NCBI GenBank assembly: GCA_004431415.1
Contig: QPMI01000190.1
Location: forward strand, 62,001 to 126,000
Source: Cyanophora paradoxa CCMP329
Taxonomy: Eukaryota; Plantae; Glaucophyta
DNA: 64,000 bases
Reading direction: 5' to 3'
Position numbers and translations under genes: made by a program
Part shown: positions 47,804 to 60,539 of the stretch, piece after piece
Layout: each line of letters starts with the position of its first letter
Position numbering within the stretch: position 1 is the stretch's first letter
The notes under the pieces: generated by a model
Databases searched by the model: none
What the model saw: the letters and a program-made list of their open reading frames with translations, nothing else
What the model was told of the DNA's origin: nothing

Positions 47804-50590
47804 CTAGTGTTTCGGGGAGGGGCTGGAGCGGGCGGGGGTGAAGCGGGTCTTGACGACGGGGCGGACATGGGCGAGGGAGCGGCCGGGGGAGGGCCGGCGC
47901 GCGCCGGGTCCGGAGGCGTGGGGGCCGCCGGAGCCGGCCTCGAGGACGTGGAGCCTCTCCCAGACCTCGAGGAAGCCGGAGGAGCGGCCGGCGAAGACGA
48001 CGCCGGCGGCGACGCAGGCGGCCGTGCACTCGCCGGCCTCGGAGCCGGCGAGGACGGCCGCCACGTCGCCCGTCTCCGGGTCCCACGCCCGCACGTCCCC
48101 GCGCGGCGACGCCGAGACGAGCAGCTCGCCGGCGCCCTCGGCCGCCTCGCCGTCGGCCCCGGGGAGCGTCGGGGCGAACGCGAGGGAGTGGACGGGCCCG
48201 TCGCTGGAGGCGACGGTGAGGCAGGGCGGGGCGCGCAGGCCGCCCGAGGCGCCGCCCCGCTCGGCGATGGCGCGGTTCACGTCCCGGAGGCCCCAGATCT
48301 TGATCGCCCCGTCGCCGCCCCCGGTGGCCAGCAGCGAGCGCCCCAGGGCCACCGCCGTCACCGCCTCCGCGTGCGCCCGGAAGAGGGCCGGCCCCGCGTC
48401 CCCGGAGCCGCCTTGTGCCTCCCACAGCTTGGCCGTGCCATCCCCGAAGCCGGCGGCGAGGAGGCGCGGGGTGGCGGCGAGGGAGGCGACGGGGGCGGCG
48501 CGGCTGCGGGCGACGAGGGTGCGGAGGAGCTGGACGGCGAGGTCGCGGCCCCAGGAGCGCGTGGCGGGGTCGAGGCCGAGGAGGGCGTACATGCGGACGC
48601 GGCCGTCCTCGGTGCCGACGAAGAGGCGGGAGCCGGTGGCGGCGAGGGCGGTGACGGCCTCGCCGCGGTCGGGGAGCTCGGCGAGCGGCTGCTCGGGGGA
48701 CTCGAAGTCCCACACTTTGACCGTCCCCTCGTCGCCCCCCGTCACCACCAGGTTCCCCGTCATCGCGCACGCCCGCACCCCCGCCGCCCCCCCCGAGAGC
48801 GCCCCGTCGTGCGCCCGCACCAGCCGCCCCGGCTCCAGCCCCGCGCCCCCGTCCAGCACCGCGTACACCTGCAGCCCCGCCCGGCTCGAGGCTGCGGGGG
48901 CGGGGGAGGAGTGCGGGGGCGCACGCGGAGGCAGCCGTCGTCGCCGGCGCAGGCGACGCGGAGGGGCAGGCCCGCGGCGGGGGCTGCGCCGCGAGCGCCC
49001 GCACGGGGCTAGCCAGGGCCGGGTGCGACCCCGCGACGCGCGCCGCCAGCGGGAGACGCGGCCCGTCGTGCGAGGCCCGCGCCGCCGGGGAGCCGTGGCG
49101 GCGGCCGGAGCCGGGGCCGGGGGAGGGCGGGCGGCTGCCCCGAAAGGACTGGAAGGCCGCTGCCTCGGCCCCGGGCTGCGGGCGCCTCGGGCGCGTGAGG
49201 GCCCGGGGCGGGGCGGGGACGGGGGGCGGACCTGCCTGGAAGAGGCCGGGCGCTCCTGGCTGCGGTGCACGGGCGTCGCCGCGAAGGAGGACGGGGGCGG
49301 GCGCGAGGCCTCGCCGGGGGCCGCCGTCGAGGCGTAGAGCTGGGGGCCGGCTCAGCGTCACTCGAGCGTTGGTGGGGGTGCAGCAGCGGGGAGGGACCTG
49401 GGGCAGGGGCCGGGGCTTGGGGAGGCGGAGGCCGACGCGGCCCCAGCGCTTGCCGGCCTCCTCGAGGGGCGCCTCCCCCGCCGCCTCGAACGTCGCGTCG
49501 ATCGTGTTCGGCTCCCCCGCCGAGCTCACCACCGAGCCGGCGTCCACCCGCAGGCACCCCTCCAGCCGCTCCGTCAGCGTCAGCGCCTCGATGTAGTCCC
49601 CGTCTGCCGGGGCGCCGGGGCGCTCGGGGGACGGCTCTCGCGGGGTGCGGGAGAGGGTGCGCACCGTCGAGGACGTTCTGGGAGAGCTCGAGCGCGGCGT
49701 CGAGGCGCTCGACCTGGCCCTCCATCCGCGCCTTCTGCTCCTCCAGCTTCTTGAACTTCGCGTCCTTGATCCCGTCCACCTGCGAGAGCAGCTCCTCTTT
49801 CCTCCTCGTCAGGATCTTCAGCAGCTGTGTGCGCAGCGCGCGTGAGCTCGCCGCGGCGGCGCTGGAGAAAGGAAGGCGGGCGCGCTCACATTTGCAAAGC
49901 GTTCCTCGATCCGGAGCTTCGTCGCCTAAAAAAAAGCACCCACGAAAGGCATCAAAGGCTCTCATTAAACTCTCACGAAAACAAACAAGCGCGCCTCTGC
50001 CGTCTCGTTGACCGTAAGTTTCGCGCCGCTGATTTCCGCTAAGGCCGTCCTCATCTCCCCGCGGACCGCGGTCGTCTGCCGGATCGCCCGTTCTAGAATC
50101 AGCTTTGACTGCGCGATGCGGCGCTTGAGCTTGTCCTCGAACTCGTCGTCCTCCAGAGCGACGTGAGCATGCCGGTCGTGGGGCGCCGCCGAAATGCAAG
50201 CCGTGCACAGCAGCTCGCTGGTCACCTCGCAGTAGAACGCGACCAGCTGGTCCTTGTGTTTTTGGCACTGCGGCTGCTTGCCAACGGATCGCACGCTGTC
50301 CGCCGTGGTCAGGGCGCCGCGTCGGTGCCAGAGCGCGGGGCGGCACCTGTCGATCGGCACGCCCTGGGCGCCCTCCGCAGAAGCACATGATGCACACAGG
50401 CAGTTCCGGGAGCGGGGGGCCGACACGAAGAAGAGCGTCGCGGGCCGCTGCCTGCATGCCTCTGCGGGAAACGCGTTTGGAAAGTCGTAGCTAAGCTGTA
50501 CAAGCTGATAGCTAGATACAACTGCGCACCGCAATCCCGTGGCTCGCGCCCGTAGCGAACGGGCAGCTCGGGAGCCTCATCGTCTGCCAT
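47804..50590 (-). CDS. B-box / coiled-coil / WD40 protein
   Basis: CQKHKDQLVAFYCEVTSELLCTACISAAPHDRH (B-box 2), BBC-type coil LTRRKEELLSQVD...KKLEEQ, WD40 TGGDEGTVKVWD, AGFGDGTAKLWE, TGGGDGAIKIWG. Confidence 0.85.
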
Positions 50591-50804
50591 CCCACTTCTG
50601 CTGACTTCTGCTGCGCTCTTCTGCCTGGCTGGTGTTCAGGACGAAGGCGGCGGCGAAGTTGTCAGAACGGCGCGATTTGGGGGTACGCAGTGAACAAGGA
50701 ACGGTTGGTCAGGCCGGCCGACCCAGGCAGCCAGCAAGTAGCGACCTAGCGAATTCGCAGCTAGCGCTTAGCGCGAGCCGTCCGCAGGCGTAGGGACGTG
50801 CTAG

Positions 50805-53800
50805 ATGGCCTCGCTTGGCAACCTGTTCAAGCGGGCCCGCACGCCCACCGAAGGCGGCGGCGGCGGCGAACCATCAAAGTCGCCTGGAGCGCCGCCCAAG
50901 CAGAGCTTCAGTCTAGGCTTCGAGACGAGCAGCCCGCTCACGCCTCCTCCCGTAGCGCCACGTAAGTTCAAAACCACATGGCTCCTGCGGGGCGCTATGC
51001 TGCCTTCTTGGCTCAACATCGATCATTCCTACCGTCTTTAAAGGGATACGGCCGCCGGCACGGGCTGCTAGTGCCGCTCCGATGGGGGCGTATCAGACTC
51101 GTGGCCCGCACAACATCGAGCGCAGCGCCCCTTCCTCTCTGTGGTCGAGGCAACTAACGTTCTCTTCCTCGCCTCTTTCCAGATTCCCACGTGCCGACCA
51201 CCGAGAAGGATGCAGAGATCATGCGCGAGAAGCTGGCCGAGATGTCGGCCAAGCTTATCGAGGCACAGGAGGAGCTTAAGAAGAAGGATGACCAGCTGAA
51301 GAAGGTGCCCGCTAGCTACCATCGCCGGCGCCGCCCTGCCGTTTGTTCTTCAGCTGACAGCGACCCGCGTCCGCATCTCAGGTTGAGAAGTACACGCACG
51401 GCGACATAACGAAGCTCGATCCGAAGAACATCAAGGCATTGAAGGGCTCCCAGGCAGATTCTGCGAAGGTCGCGCCCAGTCCTGCCTCCACTTCTTCCGG
51501 ATTCGTTGTTGTCGAGTCCTTTCTTCTCCTTTTCGCAGCTGCACCTGGAGTTCATCAACCTGCAGACGAAGTTGACGGCTGCAGAAAAGGAGCTGGAAGA
51601 GACCAAGCATGCAAAGGACGCCGAGATCGCCAAGCTGAAGTCCGAAGTCGAGCGCCTGACCACCAAGATCCGCAACCAGGCCGACGAGCTCTCCGCTCGC
51701 GACGAGCAGGTCCTCTCCGCATGCTTGACCGCGCTGCGGCGCGCCCTGAGCTGGCGGCGCCCCGCAGTTCACGATGATGAAGACGAAGCTCGAGGAGCTC
51801 GAGTCTGCCAACGAAGAGGCGACGAAGAACCTGCAGAAGATGCGGGCGGACGTGGAGAAGATGAAGGCGGAGGCGCAGACGCGCGAGCGGGAGCTGAAGA
51901 GCGTGAAGGGGGAGAACAGCCAGCTCAAGGAGGACATAAAGGCCCTGATGGACGAGTCCGAGGAGACCTCGAAGGAGGCCCGGCCGCCCGCTGTCCCCGC
52001 TGCGCCACCAGCGCCTCACTTGCCTCGCAGATCAAGGAGCTGCAGGAGCTCCTGAAGCTCTCCGACAGCGCCAAGAACGCGGACATGATCGCCGAGGCGA
52101 CGGGCATGCTCAAGCGTGAGCTCGCCGAAGTCAAAGAGAAGCTCAAGGAGAAGACCGTGCGCCACCCGGCCCCAATGGGTTCCCCGAGGGCCGCCGCTGA
52201 CGACCGGGCGTAGGCGGAGTGCGACGGGATGTCGTCGCTGGTGGCCGCGAGCCAGCGCGAGATCGCGGAGCGCGACAAGAAGCTGAAGCAGGCCAAGTTC
52301 CCCGAGTTCGAGCTCCGGAAGGCACGCCCCGCGCCGCCGCGGCCCTGGGGCCCTTCCGAGCGCCGCGGCAGGCGCACGAGGACCGGGAGGCGGCGATGGC
52401 GGAGATGAAGGCAGCGGTGGACGAGCGGGACGCGATCCAGCGCCAGAACGAGGTCCTCAACCTCCAGCTCCGGTGCGCCGGCCCGCCCTCCCGGGGGCGC
52501 CCGCCCGCCGACTGGCCCGGCGGGCGGCAGGTCGCTGGACGAGCAGTTCTCCGAGGCGAAGAAGGAGCAGGACCGGCTCCAGAAGAAGGTCCGCGAGTAC
52601 ATGGACGAAGTCGCCGAGCGCCAGGAGCAGGTGCCCCCACCCCCCCGGCCCCCGGCCCCGCCCCGCCCGCCGCGAAGCGAGCGGCGGCATTGCGCGCGCA
52701 GATCCACACGCTGACGGAGAAGCTGCGGGTGTACACGGACACGAACCTGGAGGGCCGGCGCAGGCTGCTGCAGCGGCTTCTCGAGGAGGTCGGCGACCGC
52801 CTGGATCTCGGCGTGCGCTGCGCCGCGCTCCCCTGTGCTCGTTCCGTTTTCGGCCCTGTCCGATGGGGCGCGGGGGCGGCAGGCGATGCTCGTCGAGGCG
52901 GACCTGGTGGCGCCGGGGACGCAGATCCAGTTCAACAAGCCGTCCCCCGCCAAGCAGCGGCGCCCGGCGACGCGCGACCACTCGGAGGACGAGGCCGACG
53001 AGTCGATGCGCACGAGCGACGAGGAGGAGGGCTCGCAGCCGGGCACGGAGGAGGCGACGCCGCGGCGGGGCGGGAAGCGGAGCCAGCCGGCCTCGGCGAA
53101 GAAGACGCCGCAGCGGGCGCTGGACGAGAGCGGGGAGGAGAGCGAGCTGGGGAGCTCGGTGTCGATCGGGGGCATGATCGAGGCGCTGAAGGAGAAGCTG
53201 GCCGGCACGGAGCACGACAAGGCGGAGCTCGAGGTCGAGGTCGACTTCCTCCGCGAGCGCGTCCGCGAGCTCGAGCGCGAGGTCAACGCCCCCGGCAAGA
53301 GCCCCGCCGCCGCCGCCAAGGGCTCCCCGGGCACCGCGCCGGCGGCCAAGAAGGCCCCGTCCGAGTCCGGCGAGGAGAGCGACCTGGGGAGCGGCGTCTC
53401 CCTCAGCGGCATGATCGGCGAGCTGAAGGAGAAGGTCGCCAGCGGCGAGCGGGAGCGCGCTGAGCTGGAGGAGGAGCTGCAGGCCGTCTCGGAGAAGCTC
53501 GAGGTGGCCGAGCGCGCCCTGGAGGCGATGCGGAAGCAGCAGGGCAGCGCGGCGCAGGCGAAGGGCGCCGCGGCCGGCGGCCCCGCCAAGCGCTCGGGCC
53601 CCTCGGAGTCGGGCGACGAGGACGAGCTGGCGAGCCACATCTCCCTGGGCGGCATGATCAACGAGCTCAAGGAGAAGGTCGCGAGCAGCGAGCGGGAGCG
53701 TCTGGAGCTCGAGGAGGAGCTGGAGCGCGTCTCCGAGAAGCTGCGCCTGTCGGAGCGGGCGTTGGAGGCGATGAAGAAGCAGCAGGGCGGGGCAGCGGGG

Positions 53801-56800
53801 CGTGGCGCCCCGCCCCCGCCGCCAGAGTCGGGCGAGGAGAGCGACATCGGCAGCGCGATCTCCCTCAGCGGCATGATCAACGAGCTGAAGGAGAAGGTCG
53901 CCAGCGGCGAGCGGGAGCGGGCGGAGCTGGAGGAGGAACTCCACGAGATCACCGAGAAGCTCCGCCAGGCCGAGCGCGCCGTCGAGCAGGCCAAGAGGCA
54001 GCAGCCGCAGCAGCAGGCCGCCGCCGCCCAGAAGCGCGGCCCGGCGCCCCCCGAATCTGGCGACGAGGACGAGCTGGCGAGCCACATCTCGCTGGGCGGC
54101 ATGATCAACGAGCTCAAGGAGAAGGTGGCGAGCAGCGAGCGGGAGCGGGCGGAGCTGGAGGAGGAGCTGGAGGTGGTGCAGGGGGAGCTGGAGGCGGCGG
54201 CGACGGCGCGGGACGACGCGGAGCGGCAGGTCGCGCACCTGCGGCGGGAGGTGGCGGCCCTGGAGCGGCGCCTCGCGGACCGCGAGCGCGAGCGGCGGGC
54301 GCTGGAGGCGGCGGACGAGGCGGCCGGCGACGAGACGGACCGCGGGAGCACGCTCTCCATCGGCGGCATGATCGAGGCGCTGCGGGAGAAGCTCGCCGCC
54401 GCCGAGAAGGACAAGGCCGAGCTGGAGGCGGAGCTCGACCTCGTGGCCCGCGAGCTCGCCGAGGCGAAGCGCGAGCGCGAGGAGGCCGAGCGGACCGTCG
54501 CGCGCATGAAGCGCGAGAAGGAGAGCGCGAGCGTGGGGCTCTCGGCGGTCACGGCGGCCTCGGGGGCGGCGGCGGCCGGCCTGGCGAAGCAGCTGGACGA
54601 GGTGCAGCGGGAGCGGGAGCGGGTGCAGCGGCAGCTGCTGGAGAAGGCGACGGCGCTGGACCGGGCGCTGCGGGAGCTGGAGGAGCTCCACACGCACCAG
54701 ATGGAGACGGAGGCGGAGCTCTCCGGCCTGCGCGCCCTCATGAAGAGCGCCACCTACTCCGCCGTCGCCGCCGTCAAGCGCGCCGCCGGCTCCCGCGACC
54801 TCCTCGCCGCCGCCGCCGCCGTCCGCAGCGGCCCGCCGCCCTCCGAGGCCGCCCTCCTTGCCCGCATCATCGCCCTCCACGACGGCTCCGACTTCGGCGT
54901 CGCCGCCCCGCCCGAGCCGGCCCCGGCGCCGGCCCAGAAGCTGCCCCCGCCCCCGCCCCGCTCCGCCTCGTTCACGCAGTCGGGCGGGGCCGAGGCGGGC
55001 GGCTCGGCGCCGGCGTCGGCGGCGAAGGCGTGGGGCGAGCTGACGGCGCGCGTGAAGGAAGTGCAGGAGGCGTCGGACGAGGCGTCGCGGCTCCTCCTGG
55101 AGGCGCAGGAGCGCATCGCGGAGGACGCCAATTCGAGCATGGAGGAGGAGTCGGAGGCCTCGGCGCGCGGCGGGGGCGCCCTCGCGGCGCAGCTCCTGCG
55201 CGCCGCGCGGCTGCTGGCGGAGCAGACCAAGAGCCTGCAGAGCGCGCTGAGCGCCTCGGCGCGGGAGAACGCCCTCGCCATCTCCAACCTCCAGATGCAG
55301 CTCCGCGCCGCCGCCTCGGCCGCGCCAGCCCCGCGCAGCCGGCCTCGGCGGCGGCGGCGGCGCAGGGACGCCGGAGCGGGGGCGCGGGGCGCCCGAGTCG
55401 GACGTGGAGGAGACGCCGCGGAGCGCGGTCTCGGAGGACGACCGCGGCAGCGTCTCGAACATCGGCGAGGAGATCGAGAAGCTGGCGGCGCGGCGCCGCA
55501 AGGAGGCCGAGACCCTGCGCGTCGAGCTCGAGCGCGTCAAGCAGCAGGGCGAGGCGCAGGCGCGGGCCGCCGAGTGGGCCCAGCAGGGCCTCCGCGCCGA
55601 GCTCAAGGCCGCCCAGGCCGAGATCGAGCGCCTCGCGCGCGCCGCCGCCGGCGCCGGCAGCAGCAGCGCCGGCGCCAACGCGGAGCTCGAGCGCGTCAAG
55701 CAGGAGCTGGCGAAGCTCGTCGCGGAGCGGGCCGAGCTGGCGCGGATGGCGGAGCGGCAGTCGCAGCAGCTGACGGAGGGCCAGGCGGCGGCGGTGGCGC
55801 GGCTGCAGGCGGAGCTGCGGGAGACGCGGGAGCTGATGGTGGCGAAGGACGACGAGGCGCAGACGGTGATCCGGCACCTGCAGGAGAAGCTGCGGGAGCT
55901 CCAAGAGGGCCTCCAGGCCGTCCTCCCCGGCGCCGGCGGCGTGCTCCCCGAGGACGTCGCCAGCGTGCGCCCCCCGCCGAGCCTGCGGGCTTTCTGTGCG
56001 CTCCAACCTGACCCGGCGCGCGCAGCTCGTGCTCGCCTCCTTCGCCGACATCACCCGCGACCTGAGCGCCGTCCGGCACGCCGCCGGCGCCATGGCCGAG
56101 GAGCGCGCCCGCCCGGCGGCCCCCGCCGGCTCCAGCAGCGACGACGAGGCGCACGAGAGCGAGGGGAGCTCCGGTCGGGAGGCGCCGCGGAGCAGGGCGG
56201 CCGCCGCGCCGGGCCCCGAGGGCGGGCGGACGACGGAGGACCTCGTGGCGGAGCTGCGGGCGGCGCGCGCCGAGCTGCAGCTGCTGCGCGTCGCGGCGGC
56301 GCAGCCGGCGCCGGCCCCCGTGCGCTCGGCCTCGCCGGGGCCGGCCGGCTCGGAAGAGCGGGAGCGGGAGCGGGAGCGGGAGGTGGCGATGCGGGAGCTC
56401 CGCGCCAAGTACGAGGGGGCGGTGCACGAGAAGGACACGGCGATCCGGAGCCTGGCGAAGGTCGAGGCGACCAAGGCCGAGCAGGAGCGCGCCATCCGCG
56501 AGCTGCGCCTCCGCGTGGAGGCGATGAAGGAGGAGCACCAGGGGGCGCTCGCCGAGGCGCGGCGGCGGCACGAGGCGGAGCTGGCGGAGCGGGAGGAGCA
56601 GGCCCGGGCGCTGGAGCACGAGCTCGCCGTCGCCCGCGAGGAGGTCGCCGCCCGCGAGCACGACCTCGCCGCCCTCCACGCCCTCCTCGCCCAGAAGGCC
56701 CGCCTTCTTGTACTCTCCCCTGCTTCCCGTTGCTGAGGCTGCGCGTGCGCAGGACGAGGCGGCGCGGGCGCTGCGGGAGAAGCTGGCGAACGTGGAGACG

Positions 56801-59800
56801 GCGAACGTGGAGAGCGCGCTCCTGGACTCGATCGGGCGGGACCTGCAGGGGATGGAGAGCCTCGGCTCCGACGGCGACGGGGGCGCCGAGGCAGCCGCCG
56901 CCGGCCTCGCCCTCATCTCCCCCGGCCGCTACTCGCCACACTCCTCCCCGGCGCGCCCGGCGGCGCCGGCGTCGGCCTCGGCCGGCTCGTCCCCGGCGCG
57001 GGGGAAGAGCCCGTCGGGGTCGGGGAGGGCGGAGGGGGGGGCGCCGCTGCCGCTGCCGAGCGGGGTGCTGACGGAGGCGGAGGCGGCGCTGGAGCGGGAG
57101 CGCTTCGAGCACGAGAACTCGCGGCGCGACCTCGCGCGCACCCGCGAGCTCGCCGCCTCGCTCGAGCAGAACGTGCGGCGGCTCGAGGAGGAGCTGCGGG
57201 CGCTCATGGCGCGCAAGCAGTTCGACGACGAGCAGGCGGCGGCCAACGCCGAGCAGGCGCGGCGCTCGGTGCACGAGGCGAGCGCCGAGCGGGAGCGGGC
57301 GGCGCAGCGGCAGCAGAGCGCGGAGAAGGAGCGGGCGCTGGTGCAGAAGGAGCTGGAGGATGTTAAGGGCCTGCTGCGGGGCTGGCAGGAGCGCGCGCAG
57401 GCCCTCCAGGAGTCGGTCGCCGCCCTGCAGGGCGCCTCCCTCAAGAGCGAGGCCGGCCTGGCGGCCGCCAAGGGCGAGCTCGTCTCCGTCTCGGCGGAGC
57501 TGCAGCACACGCGGCGCCAGCTCGAGGAGGCGACGGCCCGCGCCGAGGCCGCCGAGCGCCGCGCCGACGAGCACCACGCCGCCATCGCCGGCGCCGGCGC
57601 CCCGCGCGCCCCGGCCCCGGCTCCGGAGGAGGCCGGGAGCCGGCAGGGCTCGCCGGCGAAGGGCAAGAAGAAGGCGGGGAAGGGGGAGCAGCTGAAGGGC
57701 GCCGGGGGCTCCTCGAAGGACCTGGTGGGGGAGCTGCAGGAGGAGCTGCAGATCCTCCGCGACGAGATGGACCACGACGGCCTCGTCGTCGTGAGCCCTC
57801 TTCCCCCCGCCCATCCTCGCGCTGCCTCGCTCACCCATGCGCGCGCGCAGAGCGCGCTGAAGCGGGAGGTCGCCGCCAAGTCCGACGAGATCGCGCTCCT
57901 GAAGCAGAGCGTCGCGCTCGCCGAGCAGGCGACGCGGGCGGAAGAGGCGCGGGCGGCCAAGGTGCAGGAGCGGCTGCAGGGGCAGCTGCAGGAGGCGCAG
58001 CGGGACGCCTCGCAGGCCGCGCTGCGCGTCGCCGACCTCGAGGCCGACCTCGCCCGCCTCAAGGCCCGCCCCTCCTCCTCCCTCCCCTCCTCGCTCCCCG
58101 CTGACGCGGCTCGCAGCTGGTGCTCACCGAGGCGGAGGCGGAGGCGGCGCGGCAGCGGCTGGCGGCGCGGGACCGGGAGGCGGAGGCCGGCTCCTCGCGG
58201 GGCCGCCTGGAGGCGCTGGAGGGCCAGGTCCGCGCCCTCGAGCAGCGCCTCGCCGAGGTCAGCGCGGAGAAGGCCCGCCTGGGCGCGCGCCTGGAGGAGG
58301 AGGTGGACGAGTCGCGGCGGCTGCGGGAGGAGGTGGGGCGGCGCAAGGAGGCCCTGCGGGCGCTGGAGGCGGAGGTGCTGCAGCTGCGGCAGACGGTGGG
58401 CGAGCAGGAGGAGCGCGCCCGCGACGCCGCCCGCGACTTCGAGCGCCTCGAGGCCCACATCCTCCACGGCCACACCCCCAGCGCGCCCCGCCCCGCCCGC
58501 CCCTCCCCCGCCTCCTCCACCCCGGCCCCCACGCCGGCGCCGGCACCCGCGGCCGGCCCCTCGTCGGAGCGGCCGCGGAGCGCGCTGCGGCAGCGGCCGC
58601 CGGCGCCGCCCTCGGAGGACGAGGAGGAGGAGGAGGCGGCGCGCGCGTACGGGGCCCCGAGGGGAGCGGGAGCAGCCCGCCGCGGGAGCGCTCGGCGGCG
58701 CGGCTGCCGGCGGAGCACCCGGAGGGCGGCTCGCGAGGGCGGGGGGCGAGGGGCGGGGCCGGGGGACGCGGGAGAGCTTCCGGCACGTGCAGGAGGAGCT
58801 GGAGCGGCTGAAGCGCGTCATCGAGCAGCGCCAGAGCCTCGGGCGCTCCAAGTCCCCCGCCCCCGTGCGCCCTCCCCCCGCCCCGCCCCGCTCCCTCCTC
58901 GCCGACGCCCCCGCCCCGCCCCAGACGCGGGCCTCGGCGCCGGTGACCCCGCTCTACGGCCCGAGCGCGCCGGCGGGCGACTCGCGGGGGCGCTCCAAGT
59001 CGCCCATGCCGCGCGCCTTCGAGGAGGACGCGCACGGCTCGCGGCCCTCGTCCACCACCCGCCCGAGAGCCGCCCGCGCGCCCCGCACAGCCCCGACCTC
59101 GACGCCGCCCGCAGCCGGAGCCCGTACCTCATCCGCGCCTCGGCCGAGTTCGGGCGGGGCGGCGGCCTGGGCGGCTCGTCGCCCCCGCGGGGGCGGCGAC
59201 GCCGTCGGCGGCGCTGGCGGCGGCGGCGGCGGGGGGCGGCGGCGTGGCGCTCTCGCTGCAGCAGACGCGGGACCTGATCGAGGCGGTGTACACGTCGAAG
59301 GCCAAGTTCGACCGCATCTGCGCCCGCGCGGGGCTCCCCCGCGAGACCCTCGCCCAGCACCTCCAGACCTTCCTCAACCAGCGCTACGGGCTCAAGTCGG
59401 TGTGCCAGGACTACACGGCGGCTGTGGAGCGGGCGGTGGCGGACTACAGCGAGGTGGACAACGACGTGGCGGTCTTCGGGCGCGTGCTCCGGAACGAGCT
59501 CGACGAGGAGTTCCGCTTCGTGCAGCGGCAGCTCAAGGCGACGGCCGGGGAGCAGCTGAAGGAGTTCCTGCGGGGCCGCTTCCCCCGCAAGTCCGACCTC
59601 CAGGTCCAGGCCCTCCTCAAGGACCGCATGGCCGCCCACGTCACCGAGGAGGAGGTGCCTCCTGCGCCCCGCCGGAGGGGTGCGCAGCAGCGCGGGGTGT
59701 GACGCCCCGCGCCCCCCCCCCCCCCCCGCGCAGGTGATGTACGTGGTGCGGAACATGTACGGGGAGGAGGACGCGCGCTCCGTCCTCGCCCGCGTCCGCT

Positions 59801-60270
59801 CCTTCCTCGACGTCCAGGCCCGCCAGCGCCGCGCCTCCTCCCACGAGCCCTGGGCCGACGTCCGTCCCACCCTCTCCAGCCCCTTCTCCTCCTCCCCCTT
59901 CTTGTCACCTTTGACGCCCCCTCAGACGCTGCGGCCGGGGCAGCAGTCTGGCAAGGGCGGGCGGGTGCCGGAGGCGGAGGGGCGGCTGCTCTTCTCGGAC
60001 TTCGTGCAGATCCTGCTCAACTTCCAGCTGCAGGGCCACGAGCGCTACCTGCAGTCCTTCCTCGTCCTCTTCCGGCAGTACGACAAGGACCGGGACGGGG
60101 TGGTGCAGCCGGACGAGCTGCACCGGCTGCTGGAGGTCATCCACCCGCACAAGAGCGACCGGGAGCTGCGGCAGCTCCTCGCCGGCGTCGACGCCGCCTG
60201 GTCCTCCCCCGCCACCTTCTCCCAATGCGTCGCCCTCCTCGGGCCCGACGCCGCCTACCGCTGCCTCTGA
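50805..60270 (+). CDS. Giant coiled-coil protein with tandem repeats and a C-terminal TSNAXIP1-like/EF-hand region
   Basis: Many E/K/R/A-rich heptad exons; IEAVYTSKAKFD...FLNQRYGL...DNDVAVFGRVLRNELDEEF; EF-hand FRQYDKDRDGVVQPDEL. Confidence 0.75.
53120..54480 (+). repeat. Six coding repeats of about 75-90 aa period inside one long exon
   Basis: ESG(E/D)E(S/D)..GS..S(L/I)(G/S)GMI.(E/A)LKEK.A..E.E(R/K)AELE.EL near 53125, 53363, 53605, 53825, 54053, 54330. Confidence 0.9.
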
Positions 60271-60539
60271 GACCCCCCCGCCCCGCCCTCCCCATCCCCC
60301 CTTTTCTCCTCCGCCCCCTTTCCTCTCTCCCTCGCCCCCCTCTTCTTTGAATCTCGAACCGTAACCGTATATGTGTATCGTAGCGCAGCGTGCCGTGCGT
60401 GATATGTGCTCTCAACCGTTCCGACGATGGCAGCAGCGGCAGCCTGCAAAGCGGGCGCGCGAGAATAACGGTTTCTCTTCATTTCTGCGACTGCGGATGC
60501 AGTTACACTTGGCATGCCGGAGCACGGGGCTAGGACTAA

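Noticed and set aside
53120-54480. CRISPR-like repeat-spacer array
   Set aside because: Units are in-frame protein repeats with synonymous variation; eukaryotic context and no cas genes.
51925-58851. Very long minus-strand ORFs (942, 1080 and 640 aa)
   Set aside because: Antisense shadows of the GC3-rich coiled-coil gene with Ser/Arg/Leu-rich low-information translations.
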